In this document: positions 19,984 to 29,984 of the stretch, one piece after another
Position numbering within the stretch: position 1 is the stretch's first letter
Layout of the letters: the number at the start of each line of letters is the position of its first letter
DNA from: an uncultured Gemmatimonadaceae bacterium
GTDB taxonomy: Bacteria > Gemmatimonadota > Gemmatimonadetes > Gemmatimonadales > Gemmatimonadaceae
NCBI GenBank assembly: GCA_963843845.1
Contig: CAWJMB010000005.1
Span: 1-64,000, forward strand
Length of the DNA: 64,000 nt
Direction: 5' to 3'
Position numbers and translations under genes: made by a program
The notes under the pieces: model-generated
Databases searched by the model: none
The model's input: the letters and a program-made list of their open reading frames with translations, nothing else
What the model was told of the DNA's origin: nothing

Positions 19984-20172
19984 TCAGTCCTCGCCCGCGC
20001 TCGACGTGCCGCCGTAGCCCGGCTTCTTGCGGCTCCCCTTCGGCGGCGACCCGCCGGCCCCGCGCTTCGTCGCCGCCGACTTCACGGCGCCCGGCTTCGG
20101 CTTGCCGCGCTCGGCGCCACGGCGCCCGCTGCTGCCGCTCTTCGGCTCGCGCCCCTGCTTGCCCCCTTTCAT
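19984..20172 (-). CDS. Small Lys/Gly-rich hypothetical protein (62 aa)
   Basis: GGAGG RBS before MKGGKQGREPKSG; host-like codon use; stop 5 nt before the dinB-family start. Confidence 0.45.
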   Translation of the reverse strand: MKGGKQGREPKSGSSGRRGAERGKPKPGAVKSAATKRGAGGSPPKGSRKKPGYGGTSSAGED

Positions 20173-20352
20173 CGCGCCTCCGCGTCGGTGTCGTCCCTCG
20201 AAGCTAGCTGCCCGCCCGCGCGTCGGACGCTGGCGCCGCGGCGCCCCCGCGCCCACCATCCGCGGAGCGGCCGACAACGCCCGCCCCGCCGCCCGCGTAT
20301 CCGCGGTGCGGTCGTGCGTCTCCGCACCGCGTTCCTCTCAACCCGCCCCCGG

Positions 20353-21999
20353 ATGTCGATCAACCGCCGCGAGTTCCTCCACGGCACCGCCGCCGCCGCC
20401 GCGCTCTCCGCGCTCGGCACCCGCGCTGCCCAGGCGAGCCCGCTCGTCACCCCGCCCGGTCTGCTGCCGAGCGGCGCCTTCATCGGCCTGCCGAACACGG
20501 CCGACAACCGCGAGCTCGCCCAACGCGCCGTCGACGCCGCGAGGGCCGCCGGCGCGACGTACGCCGACTGCCGCGTCAGCCGCAACCAGACGCAGAACGT
20601 GTCGACGCGCGACCGGCGCATCCAGGGCGTCGTCGACAACGAGACGTCGGGCTTCGGCGTGCGCGTGCTCGTCGACGGCGCCTGGGGGTTCGCGGCGAGT
20701 CGCGACGTCTCGGCGGACGAAGTCGTGCGGGTCGCGAAGGTCGCGGTCGCACAGGCGCGCGCGAACCGCGCCTCGCTCATTCGCCCCGTGACGCTCGCCG
20801 ACAAGATTCCGACGCCTGGCGGCACGTGGAAGAGCCCGATCAAGGTCGACCCGTTCGACGTACCGATCGAGGACAAGATCGCGCTGCTCATGGCGGCGAA
20901 CGAGGCGGCGCTCAAGGTGAAGGGGGCGCGCTTCGTCAACTCGAGCATGTTCTTCCTCCGCGAGGAGAAGACGTTCGCGTCGAGCGACGACACGGTCACG
21001 GTGCAGACGATCTACCGCGCCTACCCGAGCATGACGGTCACCGCGGTGTCGAGCGACTTCAAGGACTTCCAGACGCGCGAGTCGAACGACATCGCGCCGC
21101 GCGGGCTCGGCTACGAGTGGGTGACCGAGGCGAAGCTCGTCGAGAACGCGCCGCGCTGGGCGGACGAGGCGGTGCAGAAGCTCTCCGCCAAGCCGGTCGA
21201 CGTCGGGCGCTACGACCTCATCCTGCACCCGTCCAACCTGTGGCTGACGATCCATGAGACGATCGCCCACCCCACCGAGTTGGACCGGGCCATGGGCTAC
21301 GAGGCGAACTACGCCGGCACCACGTTCGTCGCTCCGCCGGAGAAGGTGTTGGGCACCATGAAGTACGGCTCGGACATCATGAACATCCAGGGCAACCGCA
21401 ACGAGTTCGGGTCGCTCGCCGCGTGCGGGTGGGACGACGAAGGCGTCGTGCCCGAGACGTTCGACGTCATCAAGGACGGCGTGTTCGTCGACTACCACGC
21501 GGCGACGCGCGACCAGGCACCGTTCCTCGACTGGTACTACAAGAAGAACAACAAGCCGGTGCGCTCGCACGGCAACTCGTACGCGATGTCGTGGGGCGAC
21601 GTGCAGTTCTCGCGCATGCCGAACATCTCGCTCCTGCCGAGCCCGAAAGACACGTCGTGGAACGACATCATCTCGGCGACCGACCGCGGCATCGCGATCG
21701 TCGGCGACTCGTCGTTCTCGATCGACCAGCAGCGCTACAACGGACAGTTCGGCGGGCAGCTGTTCTACGAGATCAAGGGCGGCAAGATCGTCGGCATGCT
21801 GAAGGACGTCGTCTACCAGTTCCGCACGCCCGAGTTCTGGAAGTCGATGGATCTCATCGGCGGCAAGTCGAGCTACTTCCTCGGCGGCGCGTTCGGCGAC
21901 GCGAAGGGACAGCCGTCGCAGGCGAACGCGGTGACGCACGGCTGCGTGCCGGCCCGCTTCCGGAACGTCAACATCATCAACACGGCGAGGAACGCCTGA
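20353..21999 (+). CDS. tldD: TldD/PmbA-family metalloprotease with Tat signal
   Basis: MSINRREFL twin-Arg signal, GFGVRVL..GAWGFA, HETIAHPTE, DDEG, RMPNI. Confidence 0.9.
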   Translation: MSINRREFLHGTAAAAALSALGTRAAQASPLVTPPGLLPSGAFIGLPNTADNRELAQRAVDAARAAGATYADCRVSRNQTQNVSTRDRRIQGVVDNETSGFGVRVLVDGAWGFAASRDVSADEVVRVAKVAVAQARANRASLIRPVTLADKIPTPGGTWKSPIKVDPFDVPIEDKIALLMAANEAALKVKGARFVNSSMFFLREEKTFASSDDTVTVQTIYRAYPSMTVTAVSSDFKDFQTRESNDIAPRGLGYEWVTEAKLVENAPRWADEAVQKLSAKPVDVGRYDLILHPSNLWLTIHETIAHPTELDRAMGYEANYAGTTFVAPPEKVLGTMKYGSDIMNIQGNRNEFGSLAACGWDDEGVVPETFDVIKDGVFVDYHAATRDQAPFLDWYYKKNNKPVRSHGNSYAMSWGDVQFSRMPNISLLPSPKDTSWNDIISATDRGIAIVGDSSFSIDQQRYNGQFGGQLFYEIKGGKIVGMLKDVVYQFRTPEFWKSMDLIGGKSSYFLGGAFGDAKGQPSQANAVTHGCVPARFRNVNIINTARNA

Positions 22000-23459
22000 T
22001 GCGACCGCGTTCGCTGTTCGAATCACCGCTAGGCCTCTGGGTCCCCGCCGGCGCCGCCGAGCCGGCGCGCTACCTGTCGCGCGACGAGGCGGAGTCGCTC
22101 GCGAAGCAGGTGCTGAGCTACGCGACCGCCGACGAGACGCGCGTCACGATCACGAGCGGGACGCGCATGAACACCCGCTTCGCGAACAACCAGATCACGA
22201 CCTCCGGCGACCGCTACGACATCAACATCGCCGTCCGCAGCAGCTACGGGAAAAAGAGCGCGACCGCGTCGACGAACTCGCTCGACCCCGACGCCCTCAA
22301 GCGCGTCGTCGACTCGGCGCAGCGCATCGCGCGGCTCTCGCCGGAAGACCCGGAGGCGTTGGGCGAGCTCGGCGCGCAGCAGTACATGCAGGCCGGCGGG
22401 TGGAGCGACGCGACGGCGAACATGGAGCCGGCCACGCGCGCCACGATCACGAAGCAGATCACCGAGCCGGCGCGCGCCGCCGGCGTCATGAGCACCGGCT
22501 ACTTCGAGGCGCAGGCCGGCAGCACGGCGGTCGCGACGTCGAAGGGGCTGTTCGCGTACAACCGCCAGACCGAGTCGGTCCTCACGACGACGGCGCGCAC
22601 CGCCGACGCGACCGGCTCCGGCTGGGGCGGCGGCGCGCACTGGGACGTCGCGAAGCTCGACCCGGCCGCGTACGGCCGCACCGCCGTGCAGAAGGCGAAG
22701 ACGTCGGTGAACCCGGTCGCGATCGAACCCGGTCGCTACACCGTCATCCTCGAGCCGACCGCGGTCGGCAACCTCGTGCAGCTCATCCTCGGCGCCGCGA
22801 ACGCCCGCGCGGCGGACGAGGGGCGCTCGTTCTTCACGAAGGCCGGCGGCGGCAACAAGATCGGGCTCAAGGTCGTCGACGAGCGCGTCACGCTCGTCTC
22901 CGACCCGAGCGACCCGGACACGGCGAGCGCGCCCTACTCGCTCGACGGCACGCCCGGCAAGCGCACCGTGTGGATCGAGAACGGCGTCGTGAAGAACCTC
23001 GCCTACGACCGCTACTGGGCGCAGAAGCAGGGGAAGGAGGCGAACGTCGGCGGGGGTGGCGGCGGCGGCGGGGGAGGTGGCGGCGGCGGCGGCGGCGGCG
23101 CGCCGGGCGGCCTCAAGATGTCGGGCGGCGACAAGTCGCTCGAGCAGCTGATCGCCGACACGCAGCGCGGGCTCCTCGTGACGCGCTTCTGGTACATCCG
23201 TGCGGTCGACCCGCGCACGGTGCTCTACACCGGGCTCACGCGCGACGGCACCTTCCTCGTCGAGAACGGCAAGATCACGAAGGCGGTGAAGAATCTGCGC
23301 TTCAACGAGTCGCCGATCTTCATGCTGAACAACCTCGAGGACCTCGGCAGGCCGATCCGCGTCTCGGCGAGCGAGGCCGGCGGCCCGGGCACACCGATGG
23401 TCGTGCCGCCGATCCGCTGCCGCGATTTCACCTTCTCGTCGATCTCGGACGCGGTGTGA
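21999..23459 (+). CDS. TldE/PmbA-family partner subunit
   Basis: TRFANNQIT, PGRYTVILEP, TGLTRDGTF, NLRFNES. No HExxxH. TGATG coupling to tldD. Confidence 0.88.
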   Translation: MRPRSLFESPLGLWVPAGAAEPARYLSRDEAESLAKQVLSYATADETRVTITSGTRMNTRFANNQITTSGDRYDINIAVRSSYGKKSATASTNSLDPDALKRVVDSAQRIARLSPEDPEALGELGAQQYMQAGGWSDATANMEPATRATITKQITEPARAAGVMSTGYFEAQAGSTAVATSKGLFAYNRQTESVLTTTARTADATGSGWGGGAHWDVAKLDPAAYGRTAVQKAKTSVNPVAIEPGRYTVILEPTAVGNLVQLILGAANARAADEGRSFFTKAGGGNKIGLKVVDERVTLVSDPSDPDTASAPYSLDGTPGKRTVWIENGVVKNLAYDRYWAQKQGKEANVGGGGGGGGGGGGGGGGGAPGGLKMSGGDKSLEQLIADTQRGLLVTRFWYIRAVDPRTVLYTGLTRDGTFLVENGKITKAVKNLRFNESPIFMLNNLEDLGRPIRVSASEAGGPGTPMVVPPIRCRDFTFSSISDAV

Positions 23460-23474
23460 GTCAACGGCCGGAAT

Positions 23475-23533
23475 GCGGGACGCGGGGTCGGTCCGGAAGA
23501 TTCCGATGACCGAGTCCCGCGCCCCGCGTCCCG
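23475..23533. repeat. Imperfect GC-rich palindrome between converging tldE and tetR
   Basis: CGGGACGCGGGGTCGGTC ... GACCGAGTCCCGCGCCCCGCGTCCCG. Confidence 0.55.
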
Positions 23534-23537
23534 GCCG

Positions 23538-24146
23538 TCAGGCGCTTCTCACTCCATTCAGCGCGAACCGGATCGCTCCGTCCACGTAGCGCTGCTGATC
23601 GATCCGCCGGTCCAGCCGGTCGCTGATGATCGTCGACACGACGCCGTGCAGCGTCGCCCACAGCGCGGTCGCGGCGATGCGCGCCTCCTCCTCGCCCTGC
23701 ACACTCTCGGGCGCGTACTGCGTCACGAGTGCGCCCATGAGATCGAAGTTCCGCCGCGCGCGGCGGAACAGCTCCTTCGGGTACCGCGCCATGCGGTCCG
23801 AGTGGAACATGTACATGATCTCGTAGAACTCGCGGTTCGCGAGCCCGAAGTCGACGTACGCGCGCGCGATCGCCTCGAGCTTCTCCCCGGCCGAGCCCGC
23901 GCCGTCGGCGATCGCGGAGATGCGGCGGTACCACTGCTCGAACCCTTCGTCCATGAGCGCGTGGACGAGCGCGTCCTTGCTCGTGAAGTACAGGTAGATG
24001 CTGCTCACGCTGCACCCGACGGCGGTCGCCACGTCGCGCATGCTGAGATCGCGGTAGCCCTCTCGCACGAGGCGCTGCCGGGCAGCGTCGAGGATCGCGG
24101 TGCGCAGATCCGTCTCGCGGCGCGCGGCCGCACGTGGCTCAGGCAT
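23538..24146 (-). CDS. TetR/AcrR-family transcriptional regulator
   Basis: ILDAARQRLVREGYRDLSMRDVATAVGCSVSSIYLYFTSKDAL HTH, with a WHG-like C-terminal domain. Confidence 0.92.
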   Translation of the reverse strand: MPEPRAAARRETDLRTAILDAARQRLVREGYRDLSMRDVATAVGCSVSSIYLYFTSKDALVHALMDEGFEQWYRRISAIADGAGSAGEKLEAIARAYVDFGLANREFYEIMYMFHSDRMARYPKELFRRARRNFDLMGALVTQYAPESVQGEEEARIAATALWATLHGVVSTIISDRLDRRIDQQRYVDGAIRFALNGVRSA

Positions 24147-24216
24147 ACGAACGGGATACTCGCCTACACCTGAGCACGCAAGATCGACGCGCCGGGTCGG
24201 CCGGCTGTCGATGCCT

Positions 24217-24252
24217 TGACGGAAGGAACCGTTCCTTCGGCTCCTTCCGTCA
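24217..24252. repeat. Nonamer-based palindromic element, copy 2 (short)
   Basis: TGACGGAAGGAACCG-TTCCTT-CGGCTCCTTCCGTCA. Confidence 0.7.
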
Positions 24253-24280
24253 GAAAAACCCGCAGTGCCGCCGCCGACGT

Positions 24281-25522
24281 TCAGCTGGCCGCCGCAGTTC
24301 CGAGCACCTCTGCGAGGATCGCGAGCCCGCGCGCCAGCTCGTTCCGCGTGATGACGAGCGGCGGGAGGAAGCGCAGCGTGTGCTCTCCCGCGGACACGAG
24401 CAGCAGCCCCGCGTCGCGCGCCCGCTCGATGATCGCGCCGGCCGACTCGTGCGTGTCGACGCCCCACATGAGCCCCGCGCCGCGCACCGCACGAATCTTT
24501 CCCGTCCGCTCCTTCATGGCGTGCAGCTCGGCGCCGAGCCACGCGCCGGTCTCGCGGACGTGGGCGAGCAGCGCCGGGTCGGAGACCCGGCCCAGCACGT
24601 AGTTCGCGACCGCCGCGACGAACGGGCCGCCGCCGAACGTCGTGCCGTGGTCGCCCGGCTGGATCGCCGCCGCGATCTCGGCGTTCACGAGCACGGCGCC
24701 CATCGGCAGCCCGCCGGCGAGCGGCTTCGCGAGCGTCACCATGTCGGGAACGACGCCGACGGTCTCGTACGCGAACAGCGTCCCGAGCCGCCCGAGTCCG
24801 CACTGGATCTCGTCGAACACGAGCGCGATGCGCCGCTCCTCGGTCATCGCGCGCAGCTCGCGCAGCAGGCCGTGGTCGACGACGCGCACGCCTCCCTCTC
24901 CCTGGATCGGCTCGACGATCACCGCCGCGACGCGCTCGGCGTCGAGCACGGCGTCGAGCTCCCGGATGTCGCGCTCGGCGATCGTCACGCCGCCGGCGAG
25001 CGGGCGGAACGGCGCGCGGTACGCAGGGCGGTCGGTCGCCGCGAGGACGCCCAACGTCCGGCCGTGAAATGCGCCGCGCAGGCTCACGATCTCGTGCTTC
25101 GGGCAGGCGCCGAAGATGCCCAGCTCGTCGCCCGGGGGCGCCGCGACCGCGCGCGCCCAGCGGCGGGCGAACTTGAACGCCCCCTCGTTCGCCTCCGCGC
25201 CCGAGTTGCAGAAGAACACGTTGCTCGCGAACGAGTGATCCACGAGCCACCGCGCGAGCGTCTCGCCCGGCTCCGTGCGGAACAGGTTCGACACGTGCAC
25301 GAGCCCCGACGCCGTCGCGTCGCGCATGACCTGCATCATCCCCGCGTCGCCATAGCCGAGCGCGTTCGTCGCGATGCCGGCGACGAAGTCGAGATACTCG
25401 CGGCCGTCGGCGTCGTAGAGGAACACACCGTCGCCGCGCACCAGCTCCATCGGCGCGCGCTTGTACGTGCCCAGCAGCGCGTCGGAGGTGGTCGGCGAGG
25501 TCGGAGCGACGAGGGTGGCCAT
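24281..25522 (-). CDS. argD: Acetylornithine aminotransferase
   Basis: NSGAEANE, FHGRT, EPIQGEGG, DEIQCGLGR, TLAKPLAGG, HGTTFGG; arg cluster context. Confidence 0.93.
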   Translation of the reverse strand: MATLVAPTSPTTSDALLGTYKRAPMELVRGDGVFLYDADGREYLDFVAGIATNALGYGDAGMMQVMRDATASGLVHVSNLFRTEPGETLARWLVDHSFASNVFFCNSGAEANEGAFKFARRWARAVAAPPGDELGIFGACPKHEIVSLRGAFHGRTLGVLAATDRPAYRAPFRPLAGGVTIAERDIRELDAVLDAERVAAVIVEPIQGEGGVRVVDHGLLRELRAMTEERRIALVFDEIQCGLGRLGTLFAYETVGVVPDMVTLAKPLAGGLPMGAVLVNAEIAAAIQPGDHGTTFGGGPFVAAVANYVLGRVSDPALLAHVRETGAWLGAELHAMKERTGKIRAVRGAGLMWGVDTHESAGAIIERARDAGLLLVSAGEHTLRFLPPLVITRNELARGLAILAEVLGTAAAS

Positions 25523-25558
25523 GGAGCGACTCACGGAAAGAAGAGGAAGTGCGGTGAA

Positions 25559-26367
25559 TCAGACGCCGGCGCCTGACGGCGCCGGCGTCTCGGAGCGAAC
25601 GACCGTCGTTCCCGCCGTCGGCTCGGTCAGCGCGGCGAGGTCGCCGACGCGGACGCGCCCCACGCCGGCGTGCAGCGCCGCGCGCGCCGCCTCGAGCTTC
25701 GCGGCCATCCCGCCGGCCGCCGTGCCGTCGGCGACCAGCGCCGCCGCGGCGTCGAGGTCGAGCGTCGGGATCGCGGCGCCGCCGGCCAGCACGCCCGGCA
25801 CGTCCGCCATGAAGAACAGTTCGGCCGCGCCGAACGCCATGGCGATGGCGGCGGCAGCGTCGTCGCCGTTCACGTTCAGCGCGACGCCGGGCGCGGCGGT
25901 GCTCGCCGACACCGGACTCACCACCGGGCAGTACCCGGCGCCCAACAGCAGCCCGAGCAGCGCCGCGTCGACGCGCGACGGCTCGCCGACGCTGCCCAAC
26001 GCGGCGTTGCTCGTCGGCGCCGCGCGGAGCAGCGCGCCGTCCTCACCCGAGACGCCGAACGCCGGCACCCCCGCACCCTGGAACGCCGCGACGAGCTGCT
26101 TGTTCGCGAGCCCGGACAGCGCCATGCGCAGGATGTCGATGTCCGCGTCGCTCGTCACGCGCCGCCCACCGATGAACGTCGGCGTCAGCCCGCGCGCGCG
26201 CTGCAGCTCGCTGATCGCGTCGCCGCCGCCGTGCACGACGACGAGCCGCCCGTTCGTCGCGCGCCACAGCGCCGCGATCGCGCCGGGAAGCCGGCCGCGC
26301 CCTGCGTGCGCCCGCCGAGCTTGACGACCGTGACCGCCCTCGCCGAACCGTGAGGCACGTCGCTCAC
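25559..26367 (-). CDS. argB: Acetylglutamate kinase (frameshift near 26290)
   Basis: VVKLGG in one frame; HGGG, NVNGD, DVPGVL, GGMAAK in the next. Confidence 0.88.
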
Positions 26368-27455
26368 CGCGGCAGCCCCGCCGTCTCGTCGAAGCCGAGC
26401 ATGAGGTTCGCGTTCTGCAGCGCCTGTCCGGCCGCGCCCTTCATGAGGTTGTCGATCGCCGAGAGTACGAGCAGCGTCGGGCGCCGCATGCCCTGAAGCG
26501 GCATCGCGGCGATGCGCACGACGTTCCGATGCGCCACGTCGCGGAGCGTCGGCAGCGCGCCGTCGGCGATCTCGACGAACGGCTCGCTCGCATACCGGTC
26601 GCGCCAGAGCGCCGCGAGGTCGTTCGGCATCTCGGTCACGGGGACCGTGATCGTCGACAGGATCCCGCGCGCGACCGGCAGCAGGTGCGGCGTGAAGACG
26701 AGATCGACGTCGGCGCCGAGCCGGTCGAGCGTCGCGCGCATCTCGGGAAGGTGACGGTGCACGTTCCCGGCGCCGTACGCGCGGAAGTCCTCGGTCACCT
26801 CGCCGAAGAGCATGTCCGCCTTCGGCGAGTTCCCCGCCCCCGACACGCCGCTCGCCGCCGCCACGCTCACCGTCGCGCCCTCGGCGAGCAGCCCGCGCTC
26901 CGCGAGCGGGGCCAGCGCGACGAGCACGGAAGTCGGATAGCAGCCAGGGTTCGCGACGACGTCGGCCGTCCTGATCTCGGCGCGGAACAGCTCGGGAAGG
27001 CCGTAGGGAATCCCAGGGCGGCTCAGACTCCCGGCACTCGCGGCGGTCGGGACTCGGCTGTCGGGCTGCTCACCAGTCGCGGCCGTCGGGACAGTCGCGG
27101 CCACGCCGAACCCCGCCGCGACCGCGTCCGTCAGATGCCCCGGGCGCAGATCCGACGACAGGTCGACGACCTTCGCCCCCGCCGCCCGCGCGCGTGCCGA
27201 CCAGACCGCCGAGGCGCCGTGCGGCAGCGCGGAGAAGATCAGCGCGGCGCCGCCGAGGTCCGCGTCGTCGGGAGCGACGAACGTCACGTCGACCGGGGCG
27301 GCGGTGCCCGGCGCGCGCAGGCGCACGCGCTCGCCGCGCCGCTCGTTCGCGGTGGCGAACGAGAGCGTCAGCTGCGGGTGACCGGCGAGGAGCGCGCACA
27401 GCTCCCGCCCCGCATATCCACTCGCGCCCAACACGCCGACCGGGATCTTATGCAT
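26364..27455 (-). CDS. argC: N-acetyl-gamma-glutamyl-phosphate reductase
   Basis: GASGYAG, ALPHG, DLSSDLR, ANPGCY, SGVSGAG, HRHLPE, DNLMKGAAGQA. Confidence 0.95.
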   Translation of the reverse strand: MHKIPVGVLGASGYAGRELCALLAGHPQLTLSFATANERRGERVRLRAPGTAAPVDVTFVAPDDADLGGAALIFSALPHGASAVWSARARAAGAKVVDLSSDLRPGHLTDAVAAGFGVAATVPTAATGEQPDSRVPTAASAGSLSRPGIPYGLPELFRAEIRTADVVANPGCYPTSVLVALAPLAERGLLAEGATVSVAAASGVSGAGNSPKADMLFGEVTEDFRAYGAGNVHRHLPEMRATLDRLGADVDLVFTPHLLPVARGILSTITVPVTEMPNDLAALWRDRYASEPFVEIADGALPTLRDVAHRNVVRIAAMPLQGMRRPTLLVLSAIDNLMKGAAGQALQNANLMLGFDETAGLPR

Positions 27456-27493
27456 GATGACTGCATAATATTGCATTTTCGCGCGTGCGTCAA
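27441..27493 (-). promoter_or_regulatory. argC sigma70 promoter with overlapping tandem ARG boxes
   Basis: Minus strand TTGACG (27493-27488), 17 bp, TATTAT (27470-27465). Boxes CGGGATCTTATGCA and TGCATAATATTGCA are 21 bp apart. Confidence 0.75.
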
Positions 27494-27671
27494 TCACGGA
27501 GGCGGCACATGGGGCTACAATTCCGACCATGATCACCGTCGGCATTCCCGCACTCGGACCGCTGTCCGGGACAGGTGGGCGGCCGGGCGGCGCGCGCGCT
27601 GGTCCGGGCGCACGCCGCCCGAGGCCTCGCCCGCGGCCACGCCGGCGCGTGATCCTCGCCCCGCCGCCCGC

Positions 27672-28133
27672 ATGAACAAGCGCGACCGCCACCGCACCAT
27701 CCGCGAGATCGTCGCCGCGACGCCCGTCGGCAGTCAGGAGGAGCTGCGCCAGCACCTGCACGAGCGCGGCTGGGACGTCACGCAGTCGACGCTGTCTCGC
27801 GACCTGCACGAGCTGCGGCTCGCCCGCGTCCCGACCGCCGAGGGGATGCGCTACGCCGCGACGACCGACGCCGAGGCGGCCGAGCGCGGGCGGGTCGCGC
27901 TGGAGGCGCTGCTGCCGCAACTGTTCGCCCGCATCGACGGCGTCGGCGAGCTGCTCGTGCTGCACACGGTCCCCGGCGGCGCCCAACCCATCGCGGCCGC
28001 GTTCGACGCCGCGCGCTGGCCCGAGCTGTTAGGCACCGTCGCCGGTGACGACACGATTCTCCTCATCTGCCGCTCGGCGCAGCTTCGCGAGTCGCTCGTC
28101 GAGAAGATCAGGAAGTTGGCGGAAGAGAGCTGA
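27672..28133 (+). CDS. argR: Arginine repressor
   Basis: SQEEL, VTQSTLSRDL, TVPGGAQ, GTVAGDDT. Confidence 0.95.
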   Translation: MNKRDRHRTIREIVAATPVGSQEELRQHLHERGWDVTQSTLSRDLHELRLARVPTAEGMRYAATTDAEAAERGRVALEALLPQLFARIDGVGELLVLHTVPGGAQPIAAAFDAARWPELLGTVAGDDTILLICRSAQLRESLVEKIRKLAEES

Positions 28134-28147
28134 CGGTCGTTGCGACG

Positions 28148-29893
28148 TCAGGCGCTCGGCAGCGTCAGTGTGAACGTCGAGCCGCCGCCCACCACACTGG
28201 CGGCCGTCAGGTCGCCCCGCATGAGCCGCGCGAGGTCGCGGCTGATCGCGAGACCGAGCCCCGTCCCCTCGACCGGATTCGCGAGGCCGCGCTCGACCTG
28301 CACGAACGGGTCGAAGATGCGATCGAGGTCCCTCGACGCGATGCCGACGCCGCTGTCGCGCACACGGATGACGACGCCGTTGCCATGGCCCCCCGCGCCG
28401 ATCCCGGCGGCGCTCTCGATCGAGATCGTGCCGCCGGCCGGCGTGAACTTCACGGCGTTCGCCAGCAGGTTGAGCATGATCTGCCGCACCTTGTCCTCGT
28501 CGGCCCACACCGCGAGCTCCGCATCCTCGCAGCGCGAGGCGAACACGAGCTGCTTCGCACGCAACTGCGGCCCGATGAGCGGCTCGAGTCCGGCGAGGAG
28601 CGACGCCACGCGAACGGGGGCGAGGCGCACGGCGACGGTGCCCGCCTCGATCTTCGCGAAGTGCAGCACGTCGTTGATGAGCCCCAGCAGGTGACGCTGG
28701 CTGCGCTGGATGCGGTGCAAGTCTTCGATCTGCTCGGGCGTCACCGGACCGCGGATGCCGAGCTCGAGCAGCTCGGCGTAGCCGCCGATCGCGTTCAGCG
28801 GCGTGCGCAGTTCGTGACTCATCGTCGCGAGGAAGTCCATCTTCGCCCGGTTCGCGCGCTCCGCCTCGGCGCGCGCCGCGCGCTCGGCGTCGTACAGGCG
28901 GGCCCGCACGAGCGCGTGCGCGCACTGCTGCGCGACGGCGCCGAGAAACTCCTGGTCCTCGTCGGGGAACCCCTGGGGCGCGTCGAAGCGCAGCGCGATC
29001 GCGCCTGACGATTCGCCGCCGAGCACCACGGGGAGCACGGCGATCGATGCATAGTCGGACGGCAGCGCGCGCGAGAAGTCCGGGAAGCGCGCCGCCCGCT
29101 CCGCCGGCGAGCGGAGGAAGAGCGGCGCGCCGTCGCGCGCGGCCACCGCGATCGGGATCTCGGCAGAGAGCGGGAAGCGGCGCCACGCCTCGCTCGTGCC
29201 GGCCGGGTAGTCGACGACGCGCACGATCTCGACGTACGGCTCGGCGTCGGCCGGCCGGCGCACGAGCGCGACGACCGAGCCCGCCGCGCCCAACGCGTCG
29301 CGCGCCTGCGTCGCGATGACGTCCACGACGTCGGCCTTTCCTTTCGCGGCGCCCAACGCGGACGTGATCGCCTGCAGGCGCCGCATGCGGTCGAGCGTGC
29401 GCTCCGCGGCGCGCTGCGACGCCTGCGCCGCCGCCGTGAGTCGCTGCTGCTCCACCTCGCGCGCGACCCGCGCCGTGATGTCGCGCATCGCGCCGACGAC
29501 ACGCGTCACGTCGCCGGCAGCGTCGCGCGCCACGCACGCGCGGTCGAGGATCACGGCGTAGCTGCCGTCGGCGCGGAGAAAGCGGTACTCCGCGGACCAC
29601 TCACCGGCGTTCGAGGCGAGCGCCGCCGCGTACGACGCGATGACGCGGTCGCGGTCGTCGGGGTGCATGTGCCCGCGCCACCACTCGTATGCGCCCTGCG
29701 GCGCCCGCGCCGCGTCGCCCGGGTCGTGGCCGAGCAGCGCGGACATCGCGCCGCTCCAGACGGAAGCGTCGGTGCGCGCGTCCCAGTCCCAGATGACGTC
29801 GTTCGCCGCCCGGAGCGCGAGCCGGTAACGCTCCTCGGTCGCGTCGGGGACGGGAGGGGGCACGGGAGGAGGCACGGGAGGGGATCGCGTCAT
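28148..29893 (-). CDS. PAS/GAF sensor histidine kinase
   Basis: WDWD...HPDD PAS, GAF, H-box MSHELRTPLNAI, NLLANAVKFT, DSGVG, GTGLGL. Confidence 0.92.
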   Translation of the reverse strand: MTRSPPVPPPVPPPVPDATEERYRLALRAANDVIWDWDARTDASVWSGAMSALLGHDPGDAARAPQGAYEWWRGHMHPDDRDRVIASYAAALASNAGEWSAEYRFLRADGSYAVILDRACVARDAAGDVTRVVGAMRDITARVAREVEQQRLTAAAQASQRAAERTLDRMRRLQAITSALGAAKGKADVVDVIATQARDALGAAGSVVALVRRPADAEPYVEIVRVVDYPAGTSEAWRRFPLSAEIPIAVAARDGAPLFLRSPAERAARFPDFSRALPSDYASIAVLPVVLGGESSGAIALRFDAPQGFPDEDQEFLGAVAQQCAHALVRARLYDAERAARAEAERANRAKMDFLATMSHELRTPLNAIGGYAELLELGIRGPVTPEQIEDLHRIQRSQRHLLGLINDVLHFAKIEAGTVAVRLAPVRVASLLAGLEPLIGPQLRAKQLVFASRCEDAELAVWADEDKVRQIMLNLLANAVKFTPAGGTISIESAAGIGAGGHGNGVVIRVRDSGVGIASRDLDRIFDPFVQVERGLANPVEGTGLGLAISRDLARLMRGDLTAASVVGGGSTFTLTLPSA

Positions 29894-29984
29894 CGCATTT
29901 CTGGTACGTGCCGCGTTCGTTCGATGCTGAGGGTGGGCCGGTCCGGTGCGACGATGATCGCACACCTCAACCCGGAGTGCCATC

